From Octopus sinensis (Eukaryota), in the NCBI RefSeq assembly GCF_006345805.1, contig NC_043014.1, positions 26,412,001 to 26,476,000 on the forward strand: a stretch of DNA of 64,000 nucleotides, in the 5' to 3' direction. Of this stretch, positions 23,929 through 40,135 are shown in pieces (within the stretch, counting starts at the first letter, position 1; every line of letters starts with the position of its first letter). The notes below the pieces were generated by a model, which saw only the letters and a list, made by a program, of their open reading frames with translations, made no database searches and was not told the DNA's origin. The position numbers and the translations under genes are program-made.

Positions 23929-23929
<1 letters not shown>

Positions 23930-24224
23930 CACCGTGCCCGACCAGGCTATCAGATGTTGCTACACATCGCTGGTTGCAATGCGCTTCGCATTGTTTTAGC
24001 CTTCAAATGACGTCACCCTGCTGGCTAAGCGAGCAGGCCAACAGAAGAAAAAATGAGATAAATTTGTGGCGAAAGAGTACAGCAGGGATCGCCACCACCA
24101 TCCTGCGGGAGCCTCGTGGAGCTTTTGGTGTTTTCGCTAAATAAACACTCACAACGCCTGGTCTGGGATCGAAAGCGCGATCCTACGACCGTAAGTCCGC
24201 TGCCCCCATTGGGCCATTGCGCCT

Positions 24225-24226
<2 letters not shown>
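23929..24226 (-). mobile_element. tRNA-derived SINE with the same head and a different 3' tail
   Basis: Reverse complement shares about 170 bp with 23430-23600, then diverges. Confidence 0.8.
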
Positions 24227-24288
<62 letters not shown>

Positions 24289-24347
24289 GATATATATATA
24301 ATTATATATATATATATATATATATATAATAGATATATATATATATA

Positions 24348-24411
<64 letters not shown>

Positions 24412-24482
24412 TATACAATATATATATATATATAATATATATATAGATATATATCTATACATATATATATATATAGATATAT

Positions 24483-24540
<58 letters not shown>
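24227..24540. repeat. Long (TA)n microsatellite, representative of dozens of TA/CA/TATG/GA/TATC tracts in the window
   Basis: Direct reading. Confidence 0.95.
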
Positions 24541-25185
24541 GAGAGAGAAGGAGAGGATAGAGGAGAGAGAGAGAGGGAGAAGGAGTGAGTGATAGATTCA
24601 TTTCTCTATTAGCAACGTATATATCCAACATTTTACAGATTGATAGATCTGTGAAATGACAATTTTATTCCCGTTCATTATATGAACTAATATAAAACGT
24701 TCAGTGGAATTCTCAGGTACGAAATTAACCATCGGGCATATTTTAAATCCCATTCGTGATATGAATTACTACAGATTTTAGAAAAAAAATTATCTACCAG
24801 ATATGTTTAACAGCGTTCATGTTATAGGTTCATCGGATCTCCTACCAGTCTCTTATAATGGCTATTATTTTTAGACATTGCGCACTATAATCAAATACTT
24901 TCGTTGAATAAATATAAGACATGCTACATTTGGTGCAATTCACGTAAGTACATTTTCGCTTTCAGCTCACTAATTTTTTCAACAACACCCAAACAATATG
25001 AAAGGGTACTGGAAACAACATAATTTAGCTGACACCGAATTAAACTTATTCTTTGGAGGAATGTTTTAACTGTCAGCTATGTAGAAAGTAGCATTGGACA
25101 TATTCGGACAAAATTTATATTGTAGAAATATATAAAGAATAAAAATATTTTAAATTGTATAACTGTCATGATGTGTATGAGAGAA

Positions 25186-25216
<31 letters not shown>

Positions 25217-25569
25217 CGAAAGGAGGAGGAGGAGGAGGTGGAGGAGAGAGAAAACGAAGATGAAATAGTGTAAAATATAAAAAACTCTATCAGTCTTATA
25301 GTAATTGAAAGAGCCATTTCACACTGAATTAAAATTAGTTTTCTGAGTTAACTCTGTAGTTGAAATCTTTAGTACTAAAAGAAGCCTGAGAATTCATTTT
25401 AACAATAAAAGATATTTGAAATTAGAATTTTTAAGAATTTTTTAGGAAGCGTAGACTTTAATATTGCTTTCCTTTCGTAAAAGTTGCATACTCATAATTA
25501 ATATGCAACTTCCGATGTTTACAGCAGGGCTTGGAAGAAAGTGTGTAGCGCGTGATCGTCGCATTGACC

Positions 25570-26045
25570 ATGAAAGAGAAAGTTGAATGGAGTATCTGCA
25601 TCAGATTTTGTCAAAAGCTTGACCATACCTGCTCAGAGGCCAACGCAAAGTTTTCAAAAATGTTTCATCGTTCTCGACACAATCAAAGAGTTCTTGTGTA
25701 ACTAAAACGCGAGTGTATATTGGTCATCTGAAAGCAGTTTTGGCGTCTCATACCCAAATCTTCAGTGATTATAGACTGAAGTGAACCGTAACTAATCTTT
25801 ACACCTTTTGATAACTCACGGATGGTGATTCGACAATTTCTCCTCACCGTGCATGCATATTGCAATGTTTATCTCAGTTCTGCTGGTTGCGAGTCTCCCA
25901 GAACATTCGTCAATATCGACCATTTTCGGTTATCTGGAAACGTCTGTACCACTCGTACGGTCATGTGCTCCTCTCCATACACTTTCTGCAACTTTGCGTT
26001 AGGCCTCTGAGCACGTGTCACCGTGACAACGGTTTCTCCCATGGT
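25570..26045. mobile_element. Mariner transposase N-terminal remnant, internally inverted
   Basis: + strand MKEKVEWSICIRFCQKLDHTCSEA (HTH); - strand continuation ...VRRNCRITIRELSKGVKISYGSLQSIITEDLGMRR. Confidence 0.7.
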
Positions 26046-26199
26046 CAATACGACGATTACACGCTATATAACTTTCTTCCAAGCAGTGTTGTAAACAGCA
26101 GAAGTAAGTCAGAACGTTAAATCATAATGCGCATACATAATCGTGATCTACATAGGTTCTAAATTCTTTTTGCCGTATATATGTATATAAATATATATA

Positions 26200-26725
26200 T
26201 ATAAGAATTTTTTGCGTAATGAAATAAAAAAAAAGAAGGCTGTGTAGATATCGGAGACGGTGTGAGAGGATTGTTAAGTAATAGTTAGTTTAGATAGGAT
26301 ACAAAATAGAGAGTGAGGTGGAGGAAAGAAAATAGATGTAAGATATGTAGGGATATTGAAGTTTTTTTAAGCAGAATGATATATATGTAAGATTCCAATA
26401 CTTTATGAGTAAAATCCAACAGAATTTAAAATGGGTCCTTCCAAATATAGAGCTTATATACAATGTAAGATTCCAATACCTTATGAATGAGATCCAGCAG
26501 TGTTCAAACTTGGGCATTCCAAGTATAGAAGTACACAATTTATACACAGTGTTGTAGAGTCAAAGGTTTTATTTAAACTAATTATTACATAACCATCCTC
26601 TCACACCGTCTCTGATGAAGAGATATAATTAATATTGATAGAAGCTGTAAGACCTTCTAGCTATAAACGTTCTAATATCTACACAGCCTTGGTTTTTTTT
26701 ATCTCATTACGCAAAAATTCTTATA
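26200..26725. mobile_element. Short element with terminal inverted repeats and internal tandem subrepeats
   Basis: 26200-26290 is homologous to rc(26590-26725), with an indel. Confidence 0.5.
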
Positions 26726-26864
26726 TACACGCATTAACATGACCAACGTTGAACCCCTTATTCGCAAAATTACCGAACCTGGAACTTAACTATGGTCTGT
26801 CTATAGCACTTATTCAGCTTTACCTGACACCTTTGGGTCTCAATGACACTATTACCACTTATAA

Positions 26865-26915
<51 letters not shown>

Positions 26916-26919
26916 TATA

Positions 26920-26975
<56 letters not shown>

Positions 26976-27709
26976 GTATGCATGCATGCATGCATGCATG
27001 CATGCATATGTGAATATAAATATACACATACATATATATACACATACATATATCTATGTATGTATGTTTGTCTGTTTGTTTGTTTGTATTATATTTAGAT
27101 TAATGAGTGTATGTTGATTAGTGCGCTGAAGTGTTGAGTAGATCACTGGCACAGTTTGCCCTACCTAGTGTCATCCGCATTCGTTGGATCTACTTCAGAA
27201 ACTCCGCAGTGTTAGTTGAAATAATAATTATTTCAAATTTTTGCCACAAGGGATTACATCGACCCCAGTGTTCAGCTGGGTCTTATTTTATTGACTCCAA
27301 AAGGATAAAAAGCAAAATCGACCTCGACGGAATTTGAACTCAGAATGTAGCGACGGGCGAAATAACGCTAAGCATTTCATCCAGCGTGCTACAATTCTGG
27401 CAGTTCACCATCTTTATTTTTATACAAATAATGATACATTTATCTGTACCATAAACATAAATATTTTAAGTACATCAAGTGTCCATTTATACATAAAATA
27501 AATATTTATTCACACTTGACAATTCAATAGTACAAACGGATTAACGTATATATATGTTAATCGATCTGTATACCCAAGACGATCGGTGGTGTACACACAC
27601 ATACACATACATACACACACATCCATCCATCCATCCATCCATCCATACATACATACATACATACATACATACATACAACATACACACATATAAATATATA
27701 TATATATAT

Positions 27710-27742
<33 letters not shown>

Positions 27743-27899
27743 TGAGTGTATTTTTACTTTGTTAACAATTAACACGGAAAAAATAAATAAAAATAAATAA
27801 GTGGAATTTTTGAAACGTGTCGAAAGTAAAAAATATTTGATTTACACCACGCGTTAAACTCCATTTACATATATTTTATTCATATATATTAATAAGGAG

Positions 27900-27933
<34 letters not shown>

Positions 27934-29113
27934 TATATATATATAAAAATATATACATATATATACGCATGTGTGTGTATGAATGTATACAAGGGAGAGA
28001 GAGAGCGGGAGGGAGAGACAGAGAGACTATAATGATGAAAGCCGTCTCGTATTTCGACTACCTAACTTTTATTAAAAGAATGTAATTATTAAAGTCGAAA
28101 CTGTCTAGAAAGTTTCTATATATTTCAAATTCAATACATTTTCTTGAATATTTGGTTTCCACGTTGAAAACTCGACCTTCTTCAGTCACTCCAAAAACAA
28201 ATTTTTATTCACTGCGACTCTAATTCTTTTACATTTCGGGATAGTGGTTTTTAAAGTTTCTGTTTATATTTCGATTTCACTAAGAAAGTGTCCACCACCC
28301 GAGTTTGTTTCCTCATAGCTTTCTAAAAAATTAATATTTTTAATGAATTTTCTTCAAATACGAATCATAGTTTAGATACGGTTGTAGAGAATTCAAACGG
28401 AAATTTTATTCGGGGCTGAAGAGTGAAAAGTTTCGGATAATTCCTAGATCTCGATTTTGTTTCCTCATAACTTTTATAAAAATGGGTATATTTAATCGAA
28501 ACATTCTACAAGTCTCTTTCACATCAATTTTTGATATAATTACAATCTACTTAGATTACGATTATATATCACGATTATAAATACACGTTATGTTTATGTT
28601 TACAGTGGTGGGTTTGAAAGTATGGTTTGAAAGTGTAGTCCGTGTTTCAGAGGTGGAAGTTTATATGTAGGATGTCAGTTGGTGCTACAGAAAGTATGGC
28701 ACCAGGTGGTGACCAAAGTACGGTGCTTGTGTTCGTTCTTGAATCCTTGTGTGCAGTGATTATGATCAGTCCTGCAACCTAATTGGTCAGCGATTTTTTA
28801 AAAACTATGACGCGGTTCCGGTTAGTTGATGGTTAACAAATAACACAAAACCAAATCCGATAGATAAATAAGTAGATTAATAAATTTTAAAATAAATGGA
28901 TAAAATAAACGTGGCCACTATGGTCAAGTAGGAGAGCAAAATAACGTTCAAACTAGATTAAATCAAATTAAATTAAATTTAGACAAGTAAATAAATAAAT
29001 GGGTACGTAAGTCAGCATGTTAACTAAAGCAATATGACTAAGAGATATGATCTTAAGGCACAGCATAAAAATAAAAATAAAAAGTAAAAATGTAATATAT
29101 ATATATATATATA

Positions 29114-29169
<56 letters not shown>

Positions 29170-29630
29170 TTAATATATACAAGGGGAACCAGCTATATTA
29201 TTATATATCAATTATAAATATATATAATATATATATATCATATATAATTATATATTACATATATATATCAAGGAATCAGCTACATTATATATTATATAGG
29301 AGTTGGCCAGCGGATTCATTTTTGTCGGAAGGCGTAATAAGTAGGATTTTCTGACAAGGAACAACAAATGAAAAGGACTGGAACGAGTGCTTGCTGAAAC
29401 CTATACTAGTAAAATATAGAATAATAGATATAAAGCATTAAATGGATGGCACTGTGTTTTAGCATTAACTTATTTAAGTGTTTAATTCAGTGTTTAATTT
29501 AAGGGGGGTAGTAGTTTCAAGAAAAAGTGTAATTGTATATGTATACATACATACATACATACATATATATATATATAATATATATATATACACACACAAA
29601 ACACACACACCACACACACAACACACACAC

Positions 29631-29689
<59 letters not shown>

Positions 29690-30599
29690 TATATATATAT
29701 ATTATATATATATTTAATGAAATGGATAAATGAATTATCTTGTTACGGATTATTAAAAAATTAACCGATACCTGTGTAGCAAAAATCACACCAGAAAAGA
29801 CACGGTTGAGGTTACGACCATGGGGTTTCGCCCCCGTGCTTTAGCGCGGATAATTGAAGTTTTATATAATTTAGTGAAGGGAAGAAATGGAGCCGAACGA
29901 AGATTCTACAAATTACTTTTTATTATTTTCTACACATGTTTCAAAGGCTGCAAATTCCCAAATTCGGATTGAATAAGGAGACCATTCTGCAGCTTTCTCT
30001 TCAGGAAAATCCAGGAATTTAAAATCTCAAAACAAATTGCGCAGCAAGCTTTTCGAACAAAACGCTCCCAAGGAGCCCATGGTAAAAATGGCACAAAACT
30101 ATCTCTCAATATGCGCTGACGTCAGAGTGGGTGAAGGCCGACGAAAATATCCGTTGGAATAAACCTAGGTCAAACCACGGTCAAATCAGGTAGGGGAAGA
30201 ATCACAGAAAACCCAAAGAGTGTGAATATATTCTGTATAACTAGTGTTAATGTTCAAATTGTTTTAAGAATGACAGCTATCTTATTTGGGTGTGAGGAAC
30301 TACCTACATGTATGTGTGTGTGTATGCGCCTATGTATGTGTGGCAGTATGTTAGGAAGCAGCTAGAGCGAAAATATATTGTATTGTAGGCATTGCTGGTC
30401 AAGCGGCTGATAAAATTCTGTGTCTGTGTGTTCGTCTATGACCAGTTTATATACAGATGACTTGTCAAAAACAAGGGGAGTATAATCCCTGATATTGTTT
30501 CTAAAAAAGTAGCAGAACATACGCTAAAAGGGGAGTAATTTCCCCTTTCAAATTTAATTCAAAATTTTTCCCAAATTTCTTCCAAACAATTTTTTTCTT

Positions 30600-31790
30600 T
30601 TCTTAGGACATCAAGGTGTTAATTATCTTAGGCTTCAATTGTATGCAAGAAATTTCAGTCGCCTCCAGTGGGGACATCTGAAAGAGTGTTGCAAAATCCC
30701 GTTAACTAGCTGCCCTCGTGCGAACAAAATGTGAAAAAGTTCAGAGTTGCAGAGATTACAGATTCTTTTGCCCCTATCAAACGGTACCGCCACCGATAAA
30801 ATCGACCATTCCAGTCTAAATGCTGAATTCGTGTTCTTCAAACGCCAGATTAATTTACTTAGTCCGGTAGCATGTTGTTTTCTAAAATCGCGAAAAGTTG
30901 TGAAGTGGTTCGATATTCTCACGGCCAATTTTGATGATGACGCTCCGATATACGAGTAGACATCCGATCCAGTATAAACTCTGCATTGGTAAATGGCATT
31001 TATAATCTTGGAATTACTAGATAAGAACCTTATTCTATTGGGATTGGCTTCAGATATTAACACGGCGTTCTTATTACTATTATGATTGTGAGAACTACGG
31101 CTGTCTTCGACATTATACACCCCATTATCAATACTATTTAATGGAATATCACCTATATATTTCCTGCCACTGAGATCGCTGTGATTGCTAATGTCCGTGA
31201 TGCTACTGTTGTCAAACCCGTTGCTAAAATTGTTATTGGGACTCTCTACATAATGACTCGGACAGTGCTCTCATCCCTATTCCCATTACTAACGTTAGAG
31301 TCGTCACCATTGCTCCTATCTTTCTCTATTATTTAACTCCCTGCCTGGTATGGAGATTGCTAATCTCTGTGCCGGTTCTATTACTATTATTCTTATTTTT
31401 ATTAATACTGCGCGTTATTCTGGCATTAGACGGAGCTGCGTCTCCGAACGTGGGTGAGAGGGTCTTGTTTAGCAGCTTATTGTTATGGGAGGAAATTATC
31501 TGTGAGAGATTTTTCGTATTGGAGAAGGCTATCCTAACTTTGTGTGAGTTAACAGTGGCGTTAATATCTGGAATTTCTGGGAAAGTTACTGCAATAGCTT
31601 GGCGAAACTGCAGGGGTAGATTAGATCTTATTGTTTACCAAGGGAATTACAAACCAAATATATTTATTCCTGTTTTTGTACTGGGTCGGGGAGTCAACTC
31701 TGACATTAAGGTGGGTATTTCTAGGTTGAATAATAGGTTTGGCTTACTATGGTCTCCCTGGACCGCAAATTTTATGTTACCTAAATTTAT
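30600..31790 (-). mobile_element. PLE thumb-linker-GIY-YIG fragment; the endonuclease portion is an open frame (30635-31120)
   Basis: RNKYIWFV, SNLPLQFRQAIAVTFP..KVRIAFSNTKNLSQIISSHNNKLL, NAIYQC..YSYIG..RISNHFTTFR..TGLSKLIWRLK..CNLCNSE. Confidence 0.85.
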
Positions 31791-31794
31791 TCTA

Positions 31795-31906
31795 GATGTA
31801 CTAGTTTCGACATTCCTCAGGCACCATCAATACTTAAATTATTATATTTTATGGTATTATCCGGCCCTATCCTGATGACTGAATGCTGGCATCGAAAGGG
31901 CCGGAT
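31795..31906. ncRNA. Pair of back-to-back hammerhead-like cores between two divergent GIY-YIG fragments
   Basis: Minus 31795-31826: GGTG-C-CTGAGGA-ATGTC-GAAAC-TA-GTA/CATC (stem II missing). Plus 31859-31906: ATCCGGCCCT-ATC-CTGATGA-...GCATC-GAA-AGGGCCGGAT (stem I missing). Confidence 0.35.
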
Positions 31907-31914
31907 CTATATAT

Positions 31915-32430
31915 ACTATTTTCTCCCTATAACCGGCTTTAGACAATAATAACAACAACAACAACAACAATAATAATAATAATAATAACAACAACAATAA
32001 TAATAATAGTGATACGAGTAAATGCAATAGTAACAATAACAATATCATTAATTGTATCAACAATAGCCACAGCACCAATAATGTAATACCTGAAACTACC
32101 CATAATATAACCCCCACACAGCTATATAGAACCTGTGATTGTAGAATTAGCAGGAATTGTGTATTCAGCAATAATTGCATTAGAAAGGAAGTAGTGTATC
32201 AATGTGTAGTAAGTACACAATCAGGCAATAAGCAGCCCAGAACCATATGAAACAAGCTTGATTACCATAGGTACACCTTTATAAACAGAAATAGGAGAAA
32301 TTCAACGGGATTGAGCAACTACAAATGGGAAGTTAAGGATAAAGGAATTGATCATAACCTACATTGGATTAAATTATCTAACTATATAAAAGAGGAAAAA
32401 AACTTGACACTTTGGCTTTGGTAAGTATTC
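31915..32430 (+). mobile_element. PLE GIY-YIG fragment with Asn-repeat linker
   Basis: CDCRISRNCVFSNNCIRKEVVYQCVV...NSTGLSNYKWEVKDKGIDHNLHW. Confidence 0.75.
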
Positions 32431-33059
32431 AATGGCAGTAGACGTGCTAGGATCGAGCTGTGATGATGGTCCGACCTGCGATGGTTAAAATTCGCAAGCT
32501 ATAAAGATGTTGTTGCTATGGCAAAGAGAAAATTGACAAGTGTTTGTTGTTTCTCTCTAATGGTATCACCCTTTCTTCTTCCATCTCTCTCTTTCTTCTT
32601 TCTTCCTCTTTATCTCTATAACGGCTTTTCACAGCTTCTATTCATTCTCTTTCCCTCTCCGCATTCGCTGTCTCTCTGTTGCTCTTTCTCCCCCAGCCTT
32701 TCTCTCTCTCTCTCTAGCAAACTTTTCTAATGGAATCCCCCCGCCAACATACATAACCCCTCTCTCCTTTTCTCAGTTACTCACAGTTTCTGTCACTATA
32801 ACAAGTGAATAACAAAATTTCAGTTAACTCTCTCGCCCATATCGCACAACCCATCAAACACACACGCTCTCTCTCTCTCTCTCTCACTCACTCACTCACT
32901 CTCTCTCTCTTCCTCCATCACACACACACACATGCACGTAGCTTGACAAGGACGGAAGAGATCAATCACTTTCATGACTTCAAAAGATCCGCTTTCCACC
33001 CCTCCAGAGATATACAAACCACCTCGTGCTGACTTCAAAAATCCCGCCAAATTAGCCAG

Positions 33060-33106
<47 letters not shown>

Positions 33107-33415
33107 CATTTCATATATCTTCTTTCAATTTCTGCTCTCTCCTTACTCAGATGTCCAATACAATAGCTCTCACCTACATTTTCATGTCTGTTTTTTTATA
33201 AGCGTATAACAATGACATCTTCCATGCTGCTATTTCTACCAGGTCTATCTACCATGTAGACATCTGAACTTCATTTTCATTCACAGATTTCACATAATCT
33301 TTTCCATAAATCAACTCCTGAAGCTGTTTTCTGCGAAGATATTTTCACTTCACTCACTCTATCTCTCTTTCTCACCCTCTTTCTCTCTCACATACACACG
33401 CGCAAGCACGCACGC

Positions 33416-33446
<31 letters not shown>

Positions 33447-34801
33447 ACACACACACACACATAAACACATACACACACACACACACACACATATATACAC
33501 ACTCACACGTCCATTTCACATATCTTCTTTCAATTTCTGCTCTCTGCAAATAAAAGTTTTATGGATACAACTGCTTACAAAAATAGAGATTGATGCATAA
33601 TTTCTTTCTATGTTCATAATTAAATATGTTTTAATGATTAGACAGAGGTCCAATACAACAGCTCTCAAAAACAGACTATGTACAAATTCTTTCTTCACAA
33701 CTCCTGAAGCTGTTTTTTAGCGGGGGTGGGGAAGAAATTTTCATACAGCGGGAGGCTCCAATCGAAACAGGGGAACCGAAATTTGTCTCAATAATGTACT
33801 ATTTCAAGCTAAATTGATGGAATTCTTTCAGTTTTTCCAGAAAAATGTTTTAAAAAATTTATAGAGGCTTAAAGTTTGATCATTTTCATCCAATCAGAAA
33901 ACAGCATTTGGAAGCTGTAATTTTGTGCGTGACAGCACGTTTTGTCAACTGTAAACAAAGCAGATAAATTGCGGGGGGCAAGGGAGGAATTGAAATAAGA
34001 AAAATTGTTGCTAAGTTGTAATGTCCGATACCGAATACATGAATTTCAAAAACAAAAAAAAAATTACTGGTTCAAAAGTTACACTTGGGGGTTGGGGGAA
34101 TGTACCGATAATGTATTTTAAGAGCATACTTTTTTGTCAGTAAATATGCTTCTTACACACCTGCACACACACACATACACACACACACACACACACACCT
34201 ACACACACACACGCACGCGCGCGCCGAAAAGGTTTCTCTCGTGGATTTTAAGGGCATAGGGCCAAAATCATTAGGCAATATCGGCCAGGATGATGGGGCA
34301 GAGGTGAAAAAGAAATCATGAATTTTCAAAAATTCACCATTACTACCACCACCAACACATCATCTCCGAGGCCTGAGTGAAAAGATATAATTCGAAAAAT
34401 CCCTGTCAAACAGAGAAAATTAGACTTATATGGGAACTCTGACCCTAAATTCCACCTCAATAATTTCTTATCCTTAACTACATGATGCGTAAATGTAGTG
34501 ATTTTGATATTTTACCTACAAATTCAGATATAGAAAGTATATAGAGCAACAATAATGCAGAAAGAAAAGAGTTAAAATATTTAGTTTTAAGAATTATTTC
34601 TCGTTGTCAGTCCATTTGTTGAAGGAAAGAAGTATTAGGAGATAATGTTCTTAATTTTGTTTTTTTATCTCCTATATAGAAATGATACTATAAGGTTGTA
34701 AGGGTGATTAATGCTATTTTTCCGGCTTAAAGTTATATCAACCATTGCAGGTGGGCCCAATTAGTCTCTTGGCAACCCATATTTTTAGACCCAATCAGCC
34801 A

Positions 34802-34845
<44 letters not shown>

Positions 34846-34850
<5 letters not shown>

Positions 34851-35430
34851 GACTGAGGATGTTATTCGGCACCAATATTTCTAGAAATATGAGTCAAAAC
34901 AGTTCACAGCCGCAATAACGAATCGTATTTTTTACAGATAAGGAAAGCAAATTCCTAAAGGACCAGGCATAGTCAGATTACCAGTGATTTCGTGTTTACA
35001 TTAACGCTCGTGAGTGGCTCACACCAGCGCCTTGGGTTAAACTCAACTATCCCACTCAGCTGATAAGACCACCGTAGAAATCCTTCGCTGAATTCCTAAC
35101 TAGTAAACGTATAAATTATAAATAAGCGAGGCTTATTATTTATAGTAATAAGCCACCCTTATTAATAATTATAAGCTGACAAGTGTACTTGTGTTTAACC
35201 CAAGGCATTGGTGGGAGCCATAACGAGCATTAATGTAAATGCGAAGTCACTGGTGATCTGGCTGTTTCGGTGCTTATGGAGCAAGCCTCCTTTGACCTAC
35301 GATACGATATTGTGGCTATGTATTGACTTATTTCTAGCAATGCTGATGTTGAACAGAACCCTGATTCGCTTTTGTGACGTATATATATTTTATCTTTCTC
35401 GTGAAAATTTACTAAAAAATTACCCTTATA
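34846..35430. mobile_element. Second copy of the MITE-like element
   Basis: Aligns by eye with 3695-4272 along its length. Confidence 0.6.
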
Positions 35431-35450
35431 TATATATATATATATATATA

Positions 35451-35715
35451 TACTAGCTGACGTACCCGGTAATTCCCCGGAAAGCGAGGCGTCTCCCTTG
35501 GTTTAGTTCATAGAATTGTTTCACTAATCCAATAACAACAATACACAGCATGTAACCCTTGAAACGGTTTTTGTGCATTTACAGAGAATACTGAACTGTC
35601 TTACACATGATCTTGTTTTTAGGAATTCTCAATAAGTTATGAATACCCAATTTTGAAGTCAGTTATGTAATAACATGAAATTAGTTACCCGATAGTAAGA
35701 ATTCAAATAAAGTAG
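35451..35715 (+). mobile_element. Helitron-like non-autonomous repeat
   Basis: TACTAGCTGACGTACCCGG...CCGG terminus; body repeated at about 6400-6615 and about 40258-40380; similar terminus at 11390-11425 (-). Confidence 0.4.
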
Positions 35716-36399
35716 CTTCCAAAAGGGCTTTAACGTGTTACGAGGAAATACTAATATTCTAAAATCGCGAAGCATGTTACGTAATAACAGGCTAATCAGG
35801 TATGAAATAATAACAATTCAAAGTAAATAACTCTGAGAAGAGCTTTTGTGCGTTCTCAGAGAATATTACCCTCAGGGGCGCTGGTGTTGGTATATTCGTG
35901 AATAAGTCACTAACCAAAATAAGTGAATCTATTACTTAGGAAAATACTATTTACTTGTTTAAGGGCTGTATTGGATAAATTGCGAAATAACTCAAATATA
36001 TTCAAATACTAAGAAATAAGCATACTCAATATGATTTATACCAAATAATTTAGGAAAATAAATTAGTTATTTCCCTTGGCTATATATAAGAATACCCTCC
36101 AGCGCCCGTAATATCAATGTGTTCAACAATTTGAGTATGCCATGAGGTTTCCAGACATGAGTTCTACTCACGTGTCATCAAAATCAATAAAACGATGTAA
36201 GAGGAGTTAGCTAACTACTCCACAAACACATACACAGACAGAATTTCCCACATATGTAGGGTGTATATATATATATATATATATATATTCCAGACTTATT
36301 GAACCTGTTAAAAAGATTTTGCTCCTGAAAAATGAACGTCATGGAGCTCTAAAATGTGAGAGTTAAGGCTGCTGTTGGGGGTGGGCGTAAGTTATGGGG

Positions 36400-39037
<2,638 letters not shown>

Positions 39038-40092
39038 TATATAGTATATATATTTAATCATATCAAAGGGAATTGGAAATTAATTAAAATTTTCATTTCC
39101 AGTGGCCTAACGTGTAAAAATTTAGTCCAAAACTATGTATTAGTCATAAAATACAGTATACATTTAAACACATAAGGAATCCACTCATGGGATTCAACCC
39201 GCTAGAAAGAACAGCTAGGTTCTACTATAACCACAAAATTAGGGATAAAATTTAACAGGAACGAAACGAAAAGATAAAAACATTTTACCATCTAATTTCC
39301 TGGAGCAATTGGTTTCTGATTTTAGTTTAGCAAGTAAATAACTTTTATTCGCTAAGTGAAATCGTTTTCAACAGGTACACCTTAGATTAAATATATAAAC
39401 ACGAGACGATCTACTGACTGTCTCATCCTAATTTTTTCAAAATCTACTGCGCAGACGCAGTCCTTCGCCGGCAATAAAATATGCCAACTTTTAAAAACCG
39501 AAAATTATCCAAAAACTTACATTATTTAATCATATCAAAGGGAAATGAAAATTTATAGAAATTAGTCTTTGGACTAAAGTTTTACACGCTAGGCCACTGG
39601 AAATGAAAATTTCTATTAATTTCCATTTAGAATTGCATCAAAACTTACCCCTGTATTTCTGACCAAGCGCATTCAGAACATACAAAATTTAATCAGCATA
39701 ACCAAATTTGAAATTTATAAAATTTTATATTTATAAATTTTTATATTTTTAACTTATATTTTATTTAACTTTTTTATACTTTTTCGTTAGTTATTTAAAG
39801 AAGGTTAAAAATTTAAAAATATATAAAAATATAAAAATTTATAAATATAAATATAATTTTATAAATTTCAAATGTTAATAATTTAAATTTTAAACTTTAT
39901 AGTTTATATATATATTGTATATTATATTAATTATATTTATTTTTTTATTTTTATGTTTTGGTTTATGTATATCACTGTTTGAGTTGCCTAATAGTGATTT
40001 TATCTCTAATTTAATTTATACTATGAAATTTGATTTAATCCTAAATCTAATTTTTCCCTGTAAGTTTGTATATACTCCCCAATATCATTACC

Positions 40093-40135
<43 letters not shown>

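Noticed and set aside
31357-31875. 172-aa + strand ORF with a hydrophobic N-terminus
   Set aside because: It is the antisense frame of the minus-strand PLE fragment.
39705-39875. AT-only inverted repeat
   Set aside because: Low-complexity sequence; no evidence of function.
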